From the NCBI GenBank assembly GCA_964016885.1, contig OZ024766.1, positions 62,001-126,000 of the forward strand: DNA of 64,000 nucleotides, read 5' to 3'. Of the stretch, positions 11,059 through 24,172 are shown one piece after another (positions within the stretch are counted from its first letter, which is position 1; each line of letters begins with the position of its first letter). A program made the translations under genes and the position numbers. The notes under the pieces are model-generated. The model worked only from the letters and a program-made list of their open reading frames with translations. It searched no databases and was not told where the DNA came from. The stretch is from Eledone cirrhosa. Its lineage: Eukaryota.

Positions 11059-11486
11059 TATAACTAGAGATGATAAGCGATGATCAGTTATCAACCACCC
11101 ATGAAGGCTAGTGATAACCATCCATTCCCAGCGATGACCAGTGTCCGCCATACGTGAGATGTCCAGCACACGTGTATCTCCGGACATTACAAAGATGGCG
11201 AGGATCTAAAATAAATTTCTATTCTTCCATCTTCAGATCTTAAATACTTGTCTTAATTCTTGATTCGCCCAATCCCTGTTTGTATTTCTAATAAAATACA
11301 TCGTGTTTCAATTAAATGCCCAAAATGTACATGGCAAATTTAGTTGTTTAGCTGGTGGAACACACGATAAGAAGGATATGGGTTCGATTGCTGGGTGGCT
11401 GGGCAAAATATTTTGCTCCTTTCTTCTGTCAGAAGTTGTGACTAACAGATGGTATCAATCAACAATGGTAAGACCATGTTGATACC

Positions 11487-12134
11487 AGATAGTATCAACA
11501 ATGGAAAGACCAATGGAAACATTGTTTCCTTGGTTTGCTCTGATGATCAGCTCCTTTCTTCTGCCAGGGGTTGTGACCGACAGATAGTATCAACAATGGA
11601 AAGACCAATGGAAACATAGTTTCCTTGGTTTGCTCTGATGATCAGCTCCTTTCTTCTGCCAGGAGTTGTGACCAACAGATAGTATCAGCAATGGAAAGAC
11701 CAATGGACACATTGTTTCCTTGGTCTGATCTGATGATCAGCTCCTTTCTTCTGCCAGGAGTTGTAACCAACAGATAGTATCAACAATGGAAAGACCAATG
11801 GAGACATTGTTTCCTTGGTCTGATCTGATGATCAGCTCCTTTCTTCTGCCAGGAGTTGTGACCAACAGATAGTATCAACAATGGAAAGACCAATGGAGAC
11901 ATAGTTTCCTTGGTCTGATCTGATGATCAGCTCCTTTCTTCTGCCAGGAGTTGTGACAGACAGATAGTATCAACAATGGAAAGACCAATGGAGACATTGT
12001 TTCCTTGGTCTGATCTGATGATCAGCTCCTTTCTTCTGCCAGGAGTTGTGACCAACAGATAGTATCAACAATGGAAAGACCAATGGAGACATTGTTTCCT
12101 TGGTCTGATCTGATGATCAGCTCCTTTCTTCTGC
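11487..12134 (+). repeat. 95-bp tandem repeat (about 7 copies) derived from the SINE family B 3' tail
   Basis: The unit contains GATAGTATCAACAATGGAAAGACCAATGGAAACATTGTTTCCTTGGTC, matching about 29696-29775. A degenerate SINE head lies at about 11330-11480. Confidence 0.85.
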
Positions 12135-12398
12135 GGGATGAAATACAAGAGCTGGCAAAGGGCGGAGGAACTCAGCAGAGTCAACGACCATGCAAATAGT
12201 ACTTTCTTTTTAAACCTAGGAGTGAAAGGCTTCCAGTTGTTGTCACAACACTTTTCTAGGAGAGGGAAACTGAAAAAAAACCCTGCGGCTTCGGAAGCAT
12301 CCGATGATGTTGACCGGTTCTCCTTTTCAGGTAGTGTTTTCAATGCTCAGAGAGTGGGATTGGTCGAGTGCAAGGCCTTTCCCCACTTAAAAAAACCT

Positions 12399-12521
12399 TC
12401 AAAGCACAGGCATCACTTGTTCAGGATCTGTTACAGGTTCGTGTGGCTGGTTGTAGCCTAAAGTTGCACCATTTTCTGTAATCTGGCAAGCGATTGCAAA
12501 CTCCTTAGCAGTGTTTGCAGC
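12399..12521 (-). CDS. Candidate terminal coding exon of an unidentified minus-strand gene
   Basis: cag acceptor, open frame [40 protein letters not shown] in a unique island. Joins in phase 0 with 18867-18919. No family recognised. Confidence 0.45.
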   Translation of the reverse strand, partial: AANTAKEFAIACQITENGATLGYNQPHEPVTDPEQVMPVL

Positions 12522-12613
12522 CTGTATGTATGTATGTATGTATGTTTGTATGTTTGTATGTATGTATGTATGTATGTATGTATGTATGTTTGTATATCTG
12601 TATATGTACGTTT

Positions 12614-12667
<54 letters not shown>

Positions 12668-12811
12668 TATATTTTTAGATATAAGTATATATACACATAT
12701 ATATATATATATGTCTATATATACATACATACACATACACACATACACATGCATGCAGACACATCTATATATACATGTAAGTGCAAGAGGATGTGTGATA
12801 TATATATATAT

Positions 12812-12869
<58 letters not shown>

Positions 12870-13325
12870 TGTGTATAAGAGATAGATAGATAGATAGAGT
12901 GAGTGAATGTACATGCGTGTGATAGAAAAAGAATGTGACAGTGAATTTGTGTGTGTGTGTGTGAGAGAGAGAGAGAGGGAGAGATAGAAAGAGAGGAGTA
13001 GAGAACATATTTATGATAGAGAGAGGGAGAACGACGTGAAAGAAATGTTAAACGTATGAGAAATAGCAATTTTCTGCCTGATCTGCCCGAATGATGACTA
13101 TTTTGCGGGTCAACGACTTATGTCAACCACCATCTTTACAAATGGCTACTTCTCTCTCTGCTGCTCCAACCATCAACTTGACAAATGGCTAACGTCACTC
13201 TACAATTACTCTTTCATTTATTCACTGTTTCATTGCGGCTGCCCAGGTCAGGACAGTTTACCGCCCCCCCCCCCCCCCCCCCCTACATACACACCCACAA
13301 CCACACACATCACTCTATCTCTCTG

Positions 13326-13372
<47 letters not shown>

Positions 13373-13508
13373 GTAAATATATATATATATGTAGGAGGTG
13401 AGATTTATTGTAACACAATAAAGCAATGCAAATATCGGATAAGTAGCACTCAACATTTTATTGCACTGTAGTATATATAAGAAGAAATTAAAAGATAGTT
13501 AAAAAAGT

Positions 13509-13780
13509 TCCATGTATTTTATTATGCGCATTTCAAAAACAAATATCATCCAGGGACGATATTTGCGTTCTCATCAGATAGAATAGGGAGTCATGATATG
13601 AAGTTTTAAAAAAAAACCCCTTGTGAGCAAAGGTAGTGTTGTTTAGACACTATCTTGCTCCTTGCTCAAGGGTTTTTTTTAAAGCTTCGTATCATGTCTC
13701 CCTATTTTATCTGTTGAGAACGCAAATATCGTCCCTGGATGATATTTGTTTTTTGAAATGCGCATAATAAAATACATGGA
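13509..13780. mobile_element. Fold-back PLE-type repeat with hammerhead arms
   Basis: About 120-bp near-perfect inverted arms. The left arm (-) has an intact core and the right arm (+) has CTGTTGA. Confidence 0.82.
13515..13585 (-). ncRNA. Minimal type-I hammerhead ribozyme motif
   Basis: Reverse complement TATTCTAT-CTGATGA-[GAACGCAAATATCGTCC ct GGATGATATTTGTTTTT]-GAAA-TGCGCA-T-A^-ATAAAATA. Stem III ATGCGCAT is a perfect palindrome. Confidence 0.8.
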
Positions 13781-13851
13781 TGTCCAGCAGAAGCAAGGGG
13801 GACAACCGTTTGTGCATTTCAGGCTTAACTGGCCTTCGTCAGGACGGTCAC

Positions 13852-13883
<32 letters not shown>

Positions 13884-13926
13884 ATATATATATTTATATA
13901 TTTATATATATATATTTATATATATA

Positions 13927-13979
<53 letters not shown>

Positions 13980-14142
13980 TTATATATATATTTATATATA
14001 TATTTATATATATATTTATATATATATATTTATATATATATTTATATATATATTTATATATATATATATATTTATATATATATTTATATATATATATATA
14101 TTTATATATATATTTATATATATATATATATTTATATATATT

Positions 14143-14227
<85 letters not shown>

Positions 14228-14262
14228 ATATTTTTATATATATATATATATTTATATATATT

Positions 14263-14373
<111 letters not shown>

Positions 14374-14375
14374 AT

Positions 14376-14610
14376 TCTCTTTTGCTCTTTTACCTGTTTC
14401 AGCCATCCGGCTGAGGCCATGCTGGGGCACCGCCCTTGTTGCTACACATTTTATCTCCAGCCTGTATAGGTTGGCCACTGGTGTAGGAGGGAGTTTGTTG
14501 CTGCTGCCCTTAGGTTTCCCTCGTGTCTTGCTGTGGGCTCATCCGGGATGTGGGCTCATCCTGGATAACAAGGTGTCGAGATGTTTCTTAAAGACATCCA
14601 CCTCCACGTC
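14376..14610 (-). mobile_element. CR1/L2-group LINE 3' fragment
   Basis: Homologous to 60948-61240. The reverse complement reads [18 protein letters not shown]. Confidence 0.65.
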
Positions 14611-14613
14611 ATG

Positions 14614-14657
<44 letters not shown>

Positions 14658-14661
<4 letters not shown>

Positions 14662-14783
14662 AACGAGTAGGACCCCGACGGCTGAGCTCAAGACGTTTCG
14701 ACGGCTAATTCTGGACTAATCATTTAGTCCAGAATTAGCCGTCGAAACGGCTTGAGCTCAGCCGTCGGGGTCCTACTCGTTCC

Positions 14784-14785
<2 letters not shown>
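14658..14785. mobile_element. Near-perfect palindromic element (family P) in (TA)n
   Basis: About 62-bp arms GGAACGAGTAGGACCCCGACGGCTGAGCTCAAG.CGTTTCGACGGCTAATTCTGGACTAA with a 4-nt loop. Relatives at 20057, 29817, 55213 and 62604. Confidence 0.85.
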
Positions 14786-14815
<30 letters not shown>

Positions 14816-14999
14816 TATATACACCTAGAAACACATAATGTCGTCTGCCGTCAATATTATTTACCAGAATGACTATAGTGGGGAGTGATGCATGAAATGA
14901 CCAAACTTAACATATACACACATATATATATACACACACACACTCATATATATATATATATATACATATACACACATATATATATACATATATATACAT

Positions 15000-15124
<125 letters not shown>

Positions 15125-15345
15125 CATATACACATATATACATATACACACATATATATATATACACATATATACATACACACATATACGCACATATATA
15201 TACACATATCTACATACATATAGACACACATATACACACATATAGACATATATACATACATATATACATATACATATATACATATACACACATATACACA
15301 CATATATACACATATATACACATACATACACATATACATACGGAC

Positions 15346-15439
<94 letters not shown>

Positions 15440-15629
15440 ATGTATGTAGGTATATGTGAATATGTGTATATATGGAGGTATATATATGTATGTATATATG
15501 TATATATATATGAGAGATATATAAGTATATATATGTAGGTAGATACATATGTATATATGTATGTATATATAAGTATATATATATGTAGGTATACTTGTAT
15601 TTATATATATATATATATGTAGATATACT

Positions 15630-15671
<42 letters not shown>

Positions 15672-15808
15672 GGTATAGTTGTGTGTATATATATATATAT
15701 ATATATACATACATGACATTCCAATCTAAGACAATTTCCTCATCTTTTTATCAACCATTCCAGCAGAGGAAATTGTACATTTTGTATTAGAATTGGTGAA
15801 AGACTCAA

Positions 15809-15882
<74 letters not shown>

Positions 15883-16076
15883 TTACTGCCACTACTGCTA
15901 CTACTATTACTACTATTGCTACTACTACTACTACTACTAGTACCAACACCGCCACCACTACTACCACACCACCACTACTACTTCTCCCACCACCACTACT
16001 ACCAAGCCCTCCCCCCTCCCAACACCACCACACCACCACCACTACCAGCCCCACTAAGGTCTACAACTTATTATCT

Positions 16077-16247
16077 ATGAAGGTTGGATGAAAAGTTCAT
16101 AGGCTGACCAAGATACTCTCATGGAATGACCAAATGAGGTTATTTGTCTACATGGTCCCTGGAATGAAACAATGAAGTCATTAAGAGTTGAAATTAATGT
16201 AAGATTTCACAGCTCTAGCATTACTCCTGAAGTCAGCCTATGAAACA
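16077..16247. mobile_element. Tc1/mariner-derived MITE remnant
   Basis: TATGAAGGTTGGATGAAAAGTTCATAGGCTGAC at the left and its partial inverse GTCAGCCTATGAA at 16232-16244. Confidence 0.5.
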
Positions 16248-16315
16248 TTAGGCCAACCCTTTTGTGTGTGTGTATATATATATATATATCATATATATAT
16301 ATATATATATATAAA

Positions 16316-16830
16316 TAACTAGCAGTGGTACCCGGCGTTGCACGGGATAAGGTATTGTGAAATATATAACCGCCTTACCTAAGCTTAGTATTGCCACAAC
16401 CACGGCTGGCAAAGAAGTAAGGGTCTGGTGGTACGTAAGTAAGCAACACTGTGGCTTAAAACGTGAGGAAGAAGTTGTGTGCACTTACCAACTGTTTGGG
16501 GAATGAGTGAGATTTTTCTTGAGCAAGGGTGGCAGAATAACCGGAGGCAGCAGACAGCCAGACATACAGACAGATATTATAAGGGCGCGACATTATATGT
16601 ATGTATCTATCTAAAAAGAGAAAGACTAAGAATAATAGAGACAGAGCGCTAAATCGCTTAATGCGGTCCCTAGGGCATGGAAAATTTGAAATATTTTTTG
16701 CTCAGAACACTCCCTGAAACATAAGTAGTAGATGTGTAAACTTTGAAAACAGTCGATTGAGTGGTTCTCTAGCTTTAGGGATACAAACTCACACACACAC
16801 AGACAGACATCCTCAGTTTTATATATATAA
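16316..16830 (+). mobile_element. Helentron/DINE-1-like non-autonomous element
   Basis: Starts ACTAG..ACCCGGCGTTGCACGGG hairpin and ends ACAGACAGACAT..TTTTATATATA, termini typical of this class. Confidence 0.55.
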
Positions 16831-16980
16831 TAAGGAGTTGACGGATGCAGCATATTTATCAATGCCAGTACCAGTTGTATCTCAGTGTACTCAATAGGCA
16901 ATGTAAGATACACTCCCAGAGTAAACACATAGTTATTCGCTTCAATACAACACACGTAAAACGGGTGCCTGTAATAAGTT

Positions 16981-17091
16981 CCCGGACTCGAGTTTCGGCC
17001 ACACTTTATGCAGCAGTAAGGTGCACTGCACCCTCCGTCTGCATATATTATGCAACAATGCATAATCGGCGCATGTGGCTTCATCAGCGGG
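16981..17091 (-). ncRNA. Type-I hammerhead ribozyme motif with GUC site and long stem II
   Basis: Reverse complement CCCG-CTGATGA-[aGCCACAT...GTGTGGCc]-GAAA-CTCGAG-T-C^-CGGG. Stem III ACTCGAGT is palindromic. Confidence 0.82.
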
Positions 17092-17207
17092 TATGGCCGC
17101 CTAATCAATAACCAATCGTTTGACAAAACCCAAACACCAGCCCATGCCGGCCATGACTGTAAAACTATTAGCACCTGGAATCCGATACAATTCTGCAATT
17201 CTGTCCA

Positions 17208-17240
<33 letters not shown>

Positions 17241-17257
17241 GATATATATATATATAC

Positions 17258-17294
<37 letters not shown>

Positions 17295-17393
17295 TGTTTT
17301 GTTAGTACTCTCAATATGATTGGCTCGCATATGCGTTTGCTATTTCTTGTTGAGACCAGCCAGACTAGGATATTTTCCTATCTTATCAGTAAC

Positions 17394-17394
<1 letters not shown>

Positions 17395-17445
<51 letters not shown>

Positions 17446-17459
17446 TATATATATATATC

Positions 17460-17505
<46 letters not shown>

Positions 17506-17729
17506 GATATATATATATATATATATATACTATATATATATATATAGTAGATATATATATATATATATATACTATATATATATATATATACTATATATAT
17601 ATATATATATATACTGTATATATATATATATACTATATATATATATACTATATATATCTATATATATATAGTATATATATATACTATATATATATATACT
17701 ATATATATCTATATATATATATATATATA

Positions 17730-17763
<34 letters not shown>

Positions 17764-17870
17764 TATATATATCTATATATATCTATATATATATAGTATA
17801 TATATATATATATATATAGTATATATATATATAGTATATATATATATCTATATATATCTATATATATATA

Positions 17871-17910
<40 letters not shown>

Positions 17911-17972
17911 TATATATATATATATATATACATATATAGTATATATATATATATATATAGTATATATATATA

Positions 17973-18018
<46 letters not shown>

Positions 18019-18121
18019 TATATATATATATATATAGTATATATATATATATATATAGTATATATATATATATTATATATATATATATATATATAGTATA
18101 TATATATATATATATATATAG

Positions 18122-18196
<75 letters not shown>

Positions 18197-18780
18197 ATAT
18201 ATATATATAGTATATATATATATATATATATAGTATATATATATATATATATATAGTATATATATATATATATATATAGTATATATATATATCTATATAT
18301 ATATATATATATAGTATATATATATATCTATATATATATATATATATATAGTATATATATATATCTATATATATATATATATATAGTATATATATATATC
18401 TATATATATATATATATATATAGTATATATATATATCTATATATATATATATATATATAGTATATAGATATATCTATATATATCTATATATATATAGTAT
18501 ATAGATATATCTATATATATCTATATATATATAGTATATAGATATATCTATATATATATATATATATATAGTATATAGATATATCTATATATATCTATAT
18601 ATATATAGTATATAGATATATCTATATATATCTATATATATATAGTATATAGATATATCTATATATATCTATATATATATAGTATATAGATATATCTATA
18701 TATATCTATATATATATAGTATATAGATATATCTATATATATCTATATATATATAGTATATATATATCTATATATATATA

Positions 18781-18816
<36 letters not shown>

Positions 18817-18830
18817 GATATATATATATA
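17395..18830. repeat. Long degenerate (TA)n tract
   Basis: Direct reading. One of many TA/CA/TACA tracts, also at 13850, 14910, 24790, 33960, 36325, 48150, 51335 and 58475. Confidence 0.95.
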
Positions 18831-18866
18831 TCTGTGTTAACGAGATAATGGACAATTTCTCCTTAC

Positions 18867-18919
18867 ATCCGTTTTACAGAAAGATCGATTAAATTCTTGA
18901 ATCTTGTTCATTCCGTCAA
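18867..18919 (-). CDS. Candidate internal exon of the unidentified minus-strand gene
   Basis: ctctccag|TT GAC GGA ATG AAC AAG ATT CAA GAA TTT AAT CGA TCT TTC TGT AAA ACG GAT|gtaagg (xDGMNKIQEFNRSFCKTD). Good splice sites, phase 1 to phase 0. Confidence 0.45.
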
Positions 18920-19563
18920 CTGGAGAGATAGGGGTGTGGCGTAGTGTGGTGTGGTGTGGTGTGGTGTGGTGTAGTGTAGTGTGGTGTGGTGTAGTGTGGT
19001 GTGGTGTAGTGTGGTGTGGTGTGTGGTGTAGCGTAGTGTGGTGTGGTGTAGTGTGGTGTGGTGTAGTGTAGAGTAGTGTAGTGTGGTGTGGTGTGGTGTG
19101 GTGTAGTGTAGTGTGGTGTAGTGGGGTGTGGTGTAGTGTGGTGTAGTGATGTGTGGTGTGGTGTGGTGTGGTGTGGTGTGGTGGCGTGGTGTAGTGTAGT
19201 GTAGCGTAGTATAGTGTGGTTTGGTGTAGTGTAGTGTAGTGGGGTGTAGTGGGGTGTGGTGTAGTGTGGTGTGGTGTAGTGTAGTGGGGTGTAGTGGGGT
19301 GTAGTGTGGTGTGGTGTAGTGTAGTGTGGTGGAGTGATGTGTGGTGTGGTGTGGTGTGGTGTGGTGGTGGCGTGGTTGTGCTATGGTTGTGGTCATGGCG
19401 TAGTGTTGTTGTTGGTAGTAGTTTTGTAATAGTAATGATGGACCATATGATTCCAGTTCCTCAGAGAAATAACAACCCAACCAGGAGCTGGACATATCAA
19501 TGTATTGACGGAGAAAAACACACTTCAACAACATGTGTACCTGTCTTTTCCACACCAAATCGG

Positions 19564-19618
19564 ACTACCTGAAGAGGTCACAGCCAGTGATGGCTGTCAC
19601 CGAAATATATATGGCAGT
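19564..19618 (+). ncRNA. Decayed hammerhead motif
   Basis: ACTAC-CTGAAGA-[GGTcACAGCCA gtga TGGCTGTcACC]-GAAA-TATATA-T-G-GCAGT. The cleavage base is G, which is non-permissive. Confidence 0.65.
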
Positions 19619-19676
19619 ATAGCTATAATTTATAATAAACGAAGCCAAATTTTACATATTTGACTTAATCCAGAAG

Positions 19677-19864
19677 GGCGGTGGATTGGCAGTATCGGTA
19701 GAGGGTCGGACGCCATGCTTTGACGCATAGAGTTACGGCCCTTGCCATTCTGAGTTCAAATCCCGCCTAGGTTAACTTTGCCTTTCATCCTTACGGGGTC
19801 GATAAAATAAAGTACCAGTAATGCACTGGGGTAATTGCTGGCCTTGTGCCAAAAAGTAGAAACA
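19677..19864 (+). mobile_element. SINE family A
   Basis: Full-length match to 3700-3888. Confidence 0.85.
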
Positions 19865-19967
19865 GTTATTTTACATTACTCCGGAGTAAACAAACCAGCT
19901 CGCGTACTCCGTCGAGTGCTCCAATCTGCATACTGAGGTGTCGGTAAACAACCAACATATACTCAAA

Positions 19968-20056
<89 letters not shown>

Positions 20057-20057
<1 letters not shown>

Positions 20058-20249
20058 CGAAGGAAATGTGGTAAGGAACCAGGTGGACCATAACGCACCA
20101 AAGTACTCAATACTTAGGGTAGTAGAGTGGGTAATAGGAACCAGTAAGACCCCGACGGCTGAGCTCAAGCCGTTTCGACGGCTAATTCAGTCCAGAATTA
20201 GCCGTCGAAACGGCTTGAGCTCAGCCGTCGGGGTCTTACTGGTTCCTAT
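20057..20249. mobile_element. Family P element: unique tail (20057-20133) plus palindrome (20134-20249)
   Basis: GGAAATGTGGTAAGGAACCAG...GAGTGGGTAATA is shared with 55213 and (inverted) 29893-29958. Perfect arms with a 6-nt loop. Confidence 0.85.
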
Positions 20250-20511
20250 ATATATATTTAGAAGAAACAAGGGGATGTGTGGTTACTTGATAAAGTGTAT
20301 TTAGAATTAAAAGTTAGACATATTGTATTTAATGCGTTGAAATGTCTAAGACCTCCAGCAGACAACTGAGGAGGGGACTGTCTCTTGTTTGTGCTTTCCC
20401 TTTCCTTTTCTATCTATCTACCTACCTATCTATCTATCTATCTGTATGTGTACACACACACACACACACATACAAACATACATACACACACACACATACA
20501 ACCACGCACAG

Positions 20512-20598
<87 letters not shown>

Positions 20599-20939
20599 TG
20601 TGTGTATATATCACTGCCAGTCATGTAGTTACCCATTGTAAAATGGCGAAGAGTCTATAGTTTTCTCCTTAGCTGACTTTTTTCCCTGTTTTGTCGCTAG
20701 GGGTCGCTCTAGAAGCAACTATATTTCACGCTGTTCTGGCTATTTCACTCTCATTATCGGCTGGGAGGGCTGGTTTATGGAGGGGGGGGGAGTGGCGGTA
20801 GTAGTAGTGGTGGTGGGGGTAGTGGGGGTTGTGGTGGTAGTGCTGGTAGTAGTGGTGGTGGGGAGTAGTAGTGGTAGTGGTCGTGGTGGTGGTAGTAGTA
20901 AAGGTACCCGTTGTAGTAGTAGTAGTAGTGGTAGTGGTA

Positions 20940-21252
20940 GTAGTAGTGTCAGTAGTAGTAGTAGTAGCAACAGCAGTAGTAGTAGTAGCAGTAGCAGAGC
21001 AGCAGCAGTAGTAGTAGTAGCAGCAGCAGCAGTAGTAGTAGTAGTAGTAGTAGCAACAGCAGCAGTAGCAGCAGCAGCAGTAGTAGTAGTAGTAGCAGTA
21101 GCAACAGCAGCAGTAGCAGCAGTAGTAGTAGTAGTAGTAGTAGTAGCAGCAGCAGTAGCAGCAGTAGCAGCAGCAGTAGTAGTAGTAGTAGCAGTAGTAG
21201 CAGCAGCAGTAGTAGCAGCAGCAGCAGTAGTAGTAGTAGCAACAACAGCAGT

Positions 21253-21287
<35 letters not shown>

Positions 21288-21402
21288 CAGCAGTAGTAGT
21301 AGCAGCAGCAGCAGTAGCAGCAGTAGTAGTAGTAGTAGTAGTAGTAGTAGCAGCAGCAGCAGTAGTAGTAGTAGCAACAACAGCAGTAGCAGCAGCAGTA
21401 GT

Positions 21403-21434
<32 letters not shown>

Positions 21435-21437
21435 CAG
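20940..21437. repeat. (AGT/AGC)n trinucleotide tract
   Basis: Direct reading. Confidence 0.95.
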
Positions 21438-21739
21438 TGTTAACCAATTAAAACTGCGGGACCGTCTGCTGTGTGATGTGTTATTGTCATAACAGTGTAT
21501 CACCAAACAGACGCCATTAAAAGCGAACTTTCTAGAAGGTGGCGTGCATAATAGGTTTTTAGGGGAGAGGTGCAGTGATAGGGGGGGGGGGTGATGCCTT
21601 GTGGTGCTGTTGTTGTTAGATAATGTACTCCTAGATATACTGTGACGGGTTTGTAACGACCGCAGCAGCTTTCATCTTAGTTCTGCTGGATTGAATCATC
21701 TGACCTGGTGTTAAATAATAGCATCAACAGCAATGAAGA

Positions 21740-23658
21740 ACACACTAGATAATGTAGTCCTAGATAGACTGTGTCTGTATATATGACATGACACATTAGA
21801 TAGTGTAGTCCTAGGTAGACTGTGTCTGTATATAAGACAGGACACATTAGATAATGTAGTCCTAGGTACACTGTGTCTGTATATATGACAGGACACATTA
21901 GATATTGTTGTCCTAGGTACACTGTGTCTGTATATAAGACAGGACACATTAGATAGTGTAGTCCTAGGTACACTGTGTCTGTATATAAGACAGGACACAT
22001 TAGATAGTGTAGTTCTAGATAGACTGACTGTGTCTGTATATAAGACAGGACACATTAGATAATGTAGTCCTAGATACACTGTGTCTGTATATAAGACAGG
22101 ACACATTAGATAATGTAGTCCTAGATACACTGTGTCTGTATATATGACATGACACATTAGATAATGTAGTCCTAGATACACTGTGTCTGTATATATGACA
22201 TGACACATTAGATAATGTAGTCCTAGGTACACTGTGTCTGTATATAAGACAGGACACATTAGATAATGTAGTCCTAGGTACACTATGTCTGTATATAAGA
22301 CAGGACACATTAGATAATGTAGTCCTAGGTACACTATGTCTGTATATAAGACAGGACACATTAGATAATGTAGTCCTAGATAGACTGTGTCTGTATATAA
22401 GACAGGACACATTAGATAATGTAGTCCTAGATACACTGTGTCTGTATATAAGACAGGACACATTAGATAATGTAGTCCTAGATAGACTGTGTCTGTATAT
22501 ATGACATGACACATTAGATAATGTAGTCCTAGATAGACTGTGTCTGTATATAAGACAGGACACATTAGATAATGTAGTCCTAGGTACACTGTGTCTGTAT
22601 ATAAGACAGGACACATTAGATAATGTAGTCCTAGATACACTGTGTCTGTATATAAGACAGGACACATTAGATAATGTAGTCCTAGATACACTGTGTCTGT
22701 ATATAAGACAGGACACATTAGATAATGTAGTCCTAGATAGACTGTGTCTGTATATAAGACAGGACACATTAGATAGTGTAGTCCTAGGTACACTGTGTCT
22801 GTATATAAGACAGGACACATTAGATAGTGTAGTCCTAGATACACTGTGTCTGTATATAAGACAGGACACATTAGATAATGTAGTCCTAGATACACTGTGT
22901 CTGTATATAAGACAGGACACATTAGATAATGTAGTCCTAGATAGACTGTGTCTGTATATATGACATGACACATTAGATAATGTAGTCCTAGATAGACTGT
23001 GTCTGTATATATGACATGACACATTAGATAATGTAGTCCTAGATACACTGTGTCTGTATATAAGACAGGACACATTAGATAATGTAGTCCTAGGTAGACT
23101 GTCTGTATATAAGACAGGACACATTAGATAGTGTAGTCCTAGGTACACTGTGTCTGTATATAAGACAGGACACATTAGATAATGTAGTCCTAGATACACT
23201 GTGTCTGTATATAAGACAGGACACATTAGATAGTGTAGTTCTAGATAGACTGTGTCTGTATATAAGACAGGACACATTAGATAGTGTAGTCCTAAGTACA
23301 CTGTGTCTGTATATAAGACAGGACACATTAGATAGTGTAGTTCTAGATAGACTGACTGTGTCTGTATATAAGACAGGACACATTAGATAGTGTAGTCCTA
23401 GGTACACTGTGTCTGTATATAAGACAGGACACATTAGATAGTGTAGTCCTAGGTACACTGTGTCTGTATATAAGACAGGACACATTAGATAGTGTAGTTC
23501 TAGATAGACTGTGTCTGTATATAAGACAGGACACATTAGATAGTGTAGTTCTAGATAGACTGACTGTGTCTGTATATAAGACAGGACACATTAGATAGTG
23601 TAGTCCTAGATACACTGTGTCTGTATATAAGACAGGACACATTAGATAATGTAGTCCT
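21740..23658. repeat. 51-bp minisatellite (about 37 copies)
   Basis: Unit ACACATTAGATAATGTAGTCCTAGATACACTGTGTCTGTATATAAGACAGG. 17-aa periodicity in the ORF track. Confidence 0.95.
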
Positions 23659-23679
23659 GTCCTAATGTAGTCCTACAGA

Positions 23680-24172
23680 CATGTGGTTAAAATGTCTAAG
23701 GAGAGAATCGCTGGACAGATTTTTAGGGGCACAACCAACCAACAGGATACCCAGGTGGTAGACCCCGAGCAAGATATTTGGCTGGCATCCATGAGCTCGG
23801 CTGGTCTAGCTTGGGAACCCAGCCGGAGATGGTTACTTGTGACAGCACCTGTGGGAAGGAGTGTTTGAGGGTTCGGCTCTCTACGACCCTCCCAGGAATA
23901 AGTGGACGAAAAAAGTGTGCATCTAGCGAGGGCACTTGTTACTAAGCTTCCTCCTCAGATAACATGATATATTACAGGACAGATCTTACGGGTAAAACTA
24001 AATGGCAGAGACACAAGGGTAGACTCCAAGTAAGATGGTTGGATAACATCCGCTAACTTGGTTGGCCTCGCTTTGAGGACCCAACCGGATCAGTTGGGGA
24101 CGGTTGCTTCTGACAGGACCTCCTGGGGAGAGTGTTTGAGGACTCTGCTCCAACGACCCTCCCTGGAATAAG
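23680..24172 (+). mobile_element. Two RTE-clade LINE 3' fragments
   Basis: HVVKMSKERIAGQI..GRPRAR-like and VRWLDNI motifs. Both end ACGACCCTCCC.GGAATAAG. Homologous to 27945-28260. Confidence 0.65.

Noticed and set aside
11205-11240. Minus-strand CTGAAGA...GAAA
   Set aside because: No stem I or stem II pairing.
11487-12134. CTGATGA, GAAA and hairpins in each 95-bp unit, read as tandem hammerheads or a retrozyme
   Set aside because: Stems I and II cannot form in the required order, the cleavage position is G, and the unit derives from a SINE tail.
21740-23658. CRISPR-like array or 400+ aa repeat proteins
   Set aside because: There are no unique spacers and the context is eukaryotic. The ORFs arise from a stop-free 51-bp unit.
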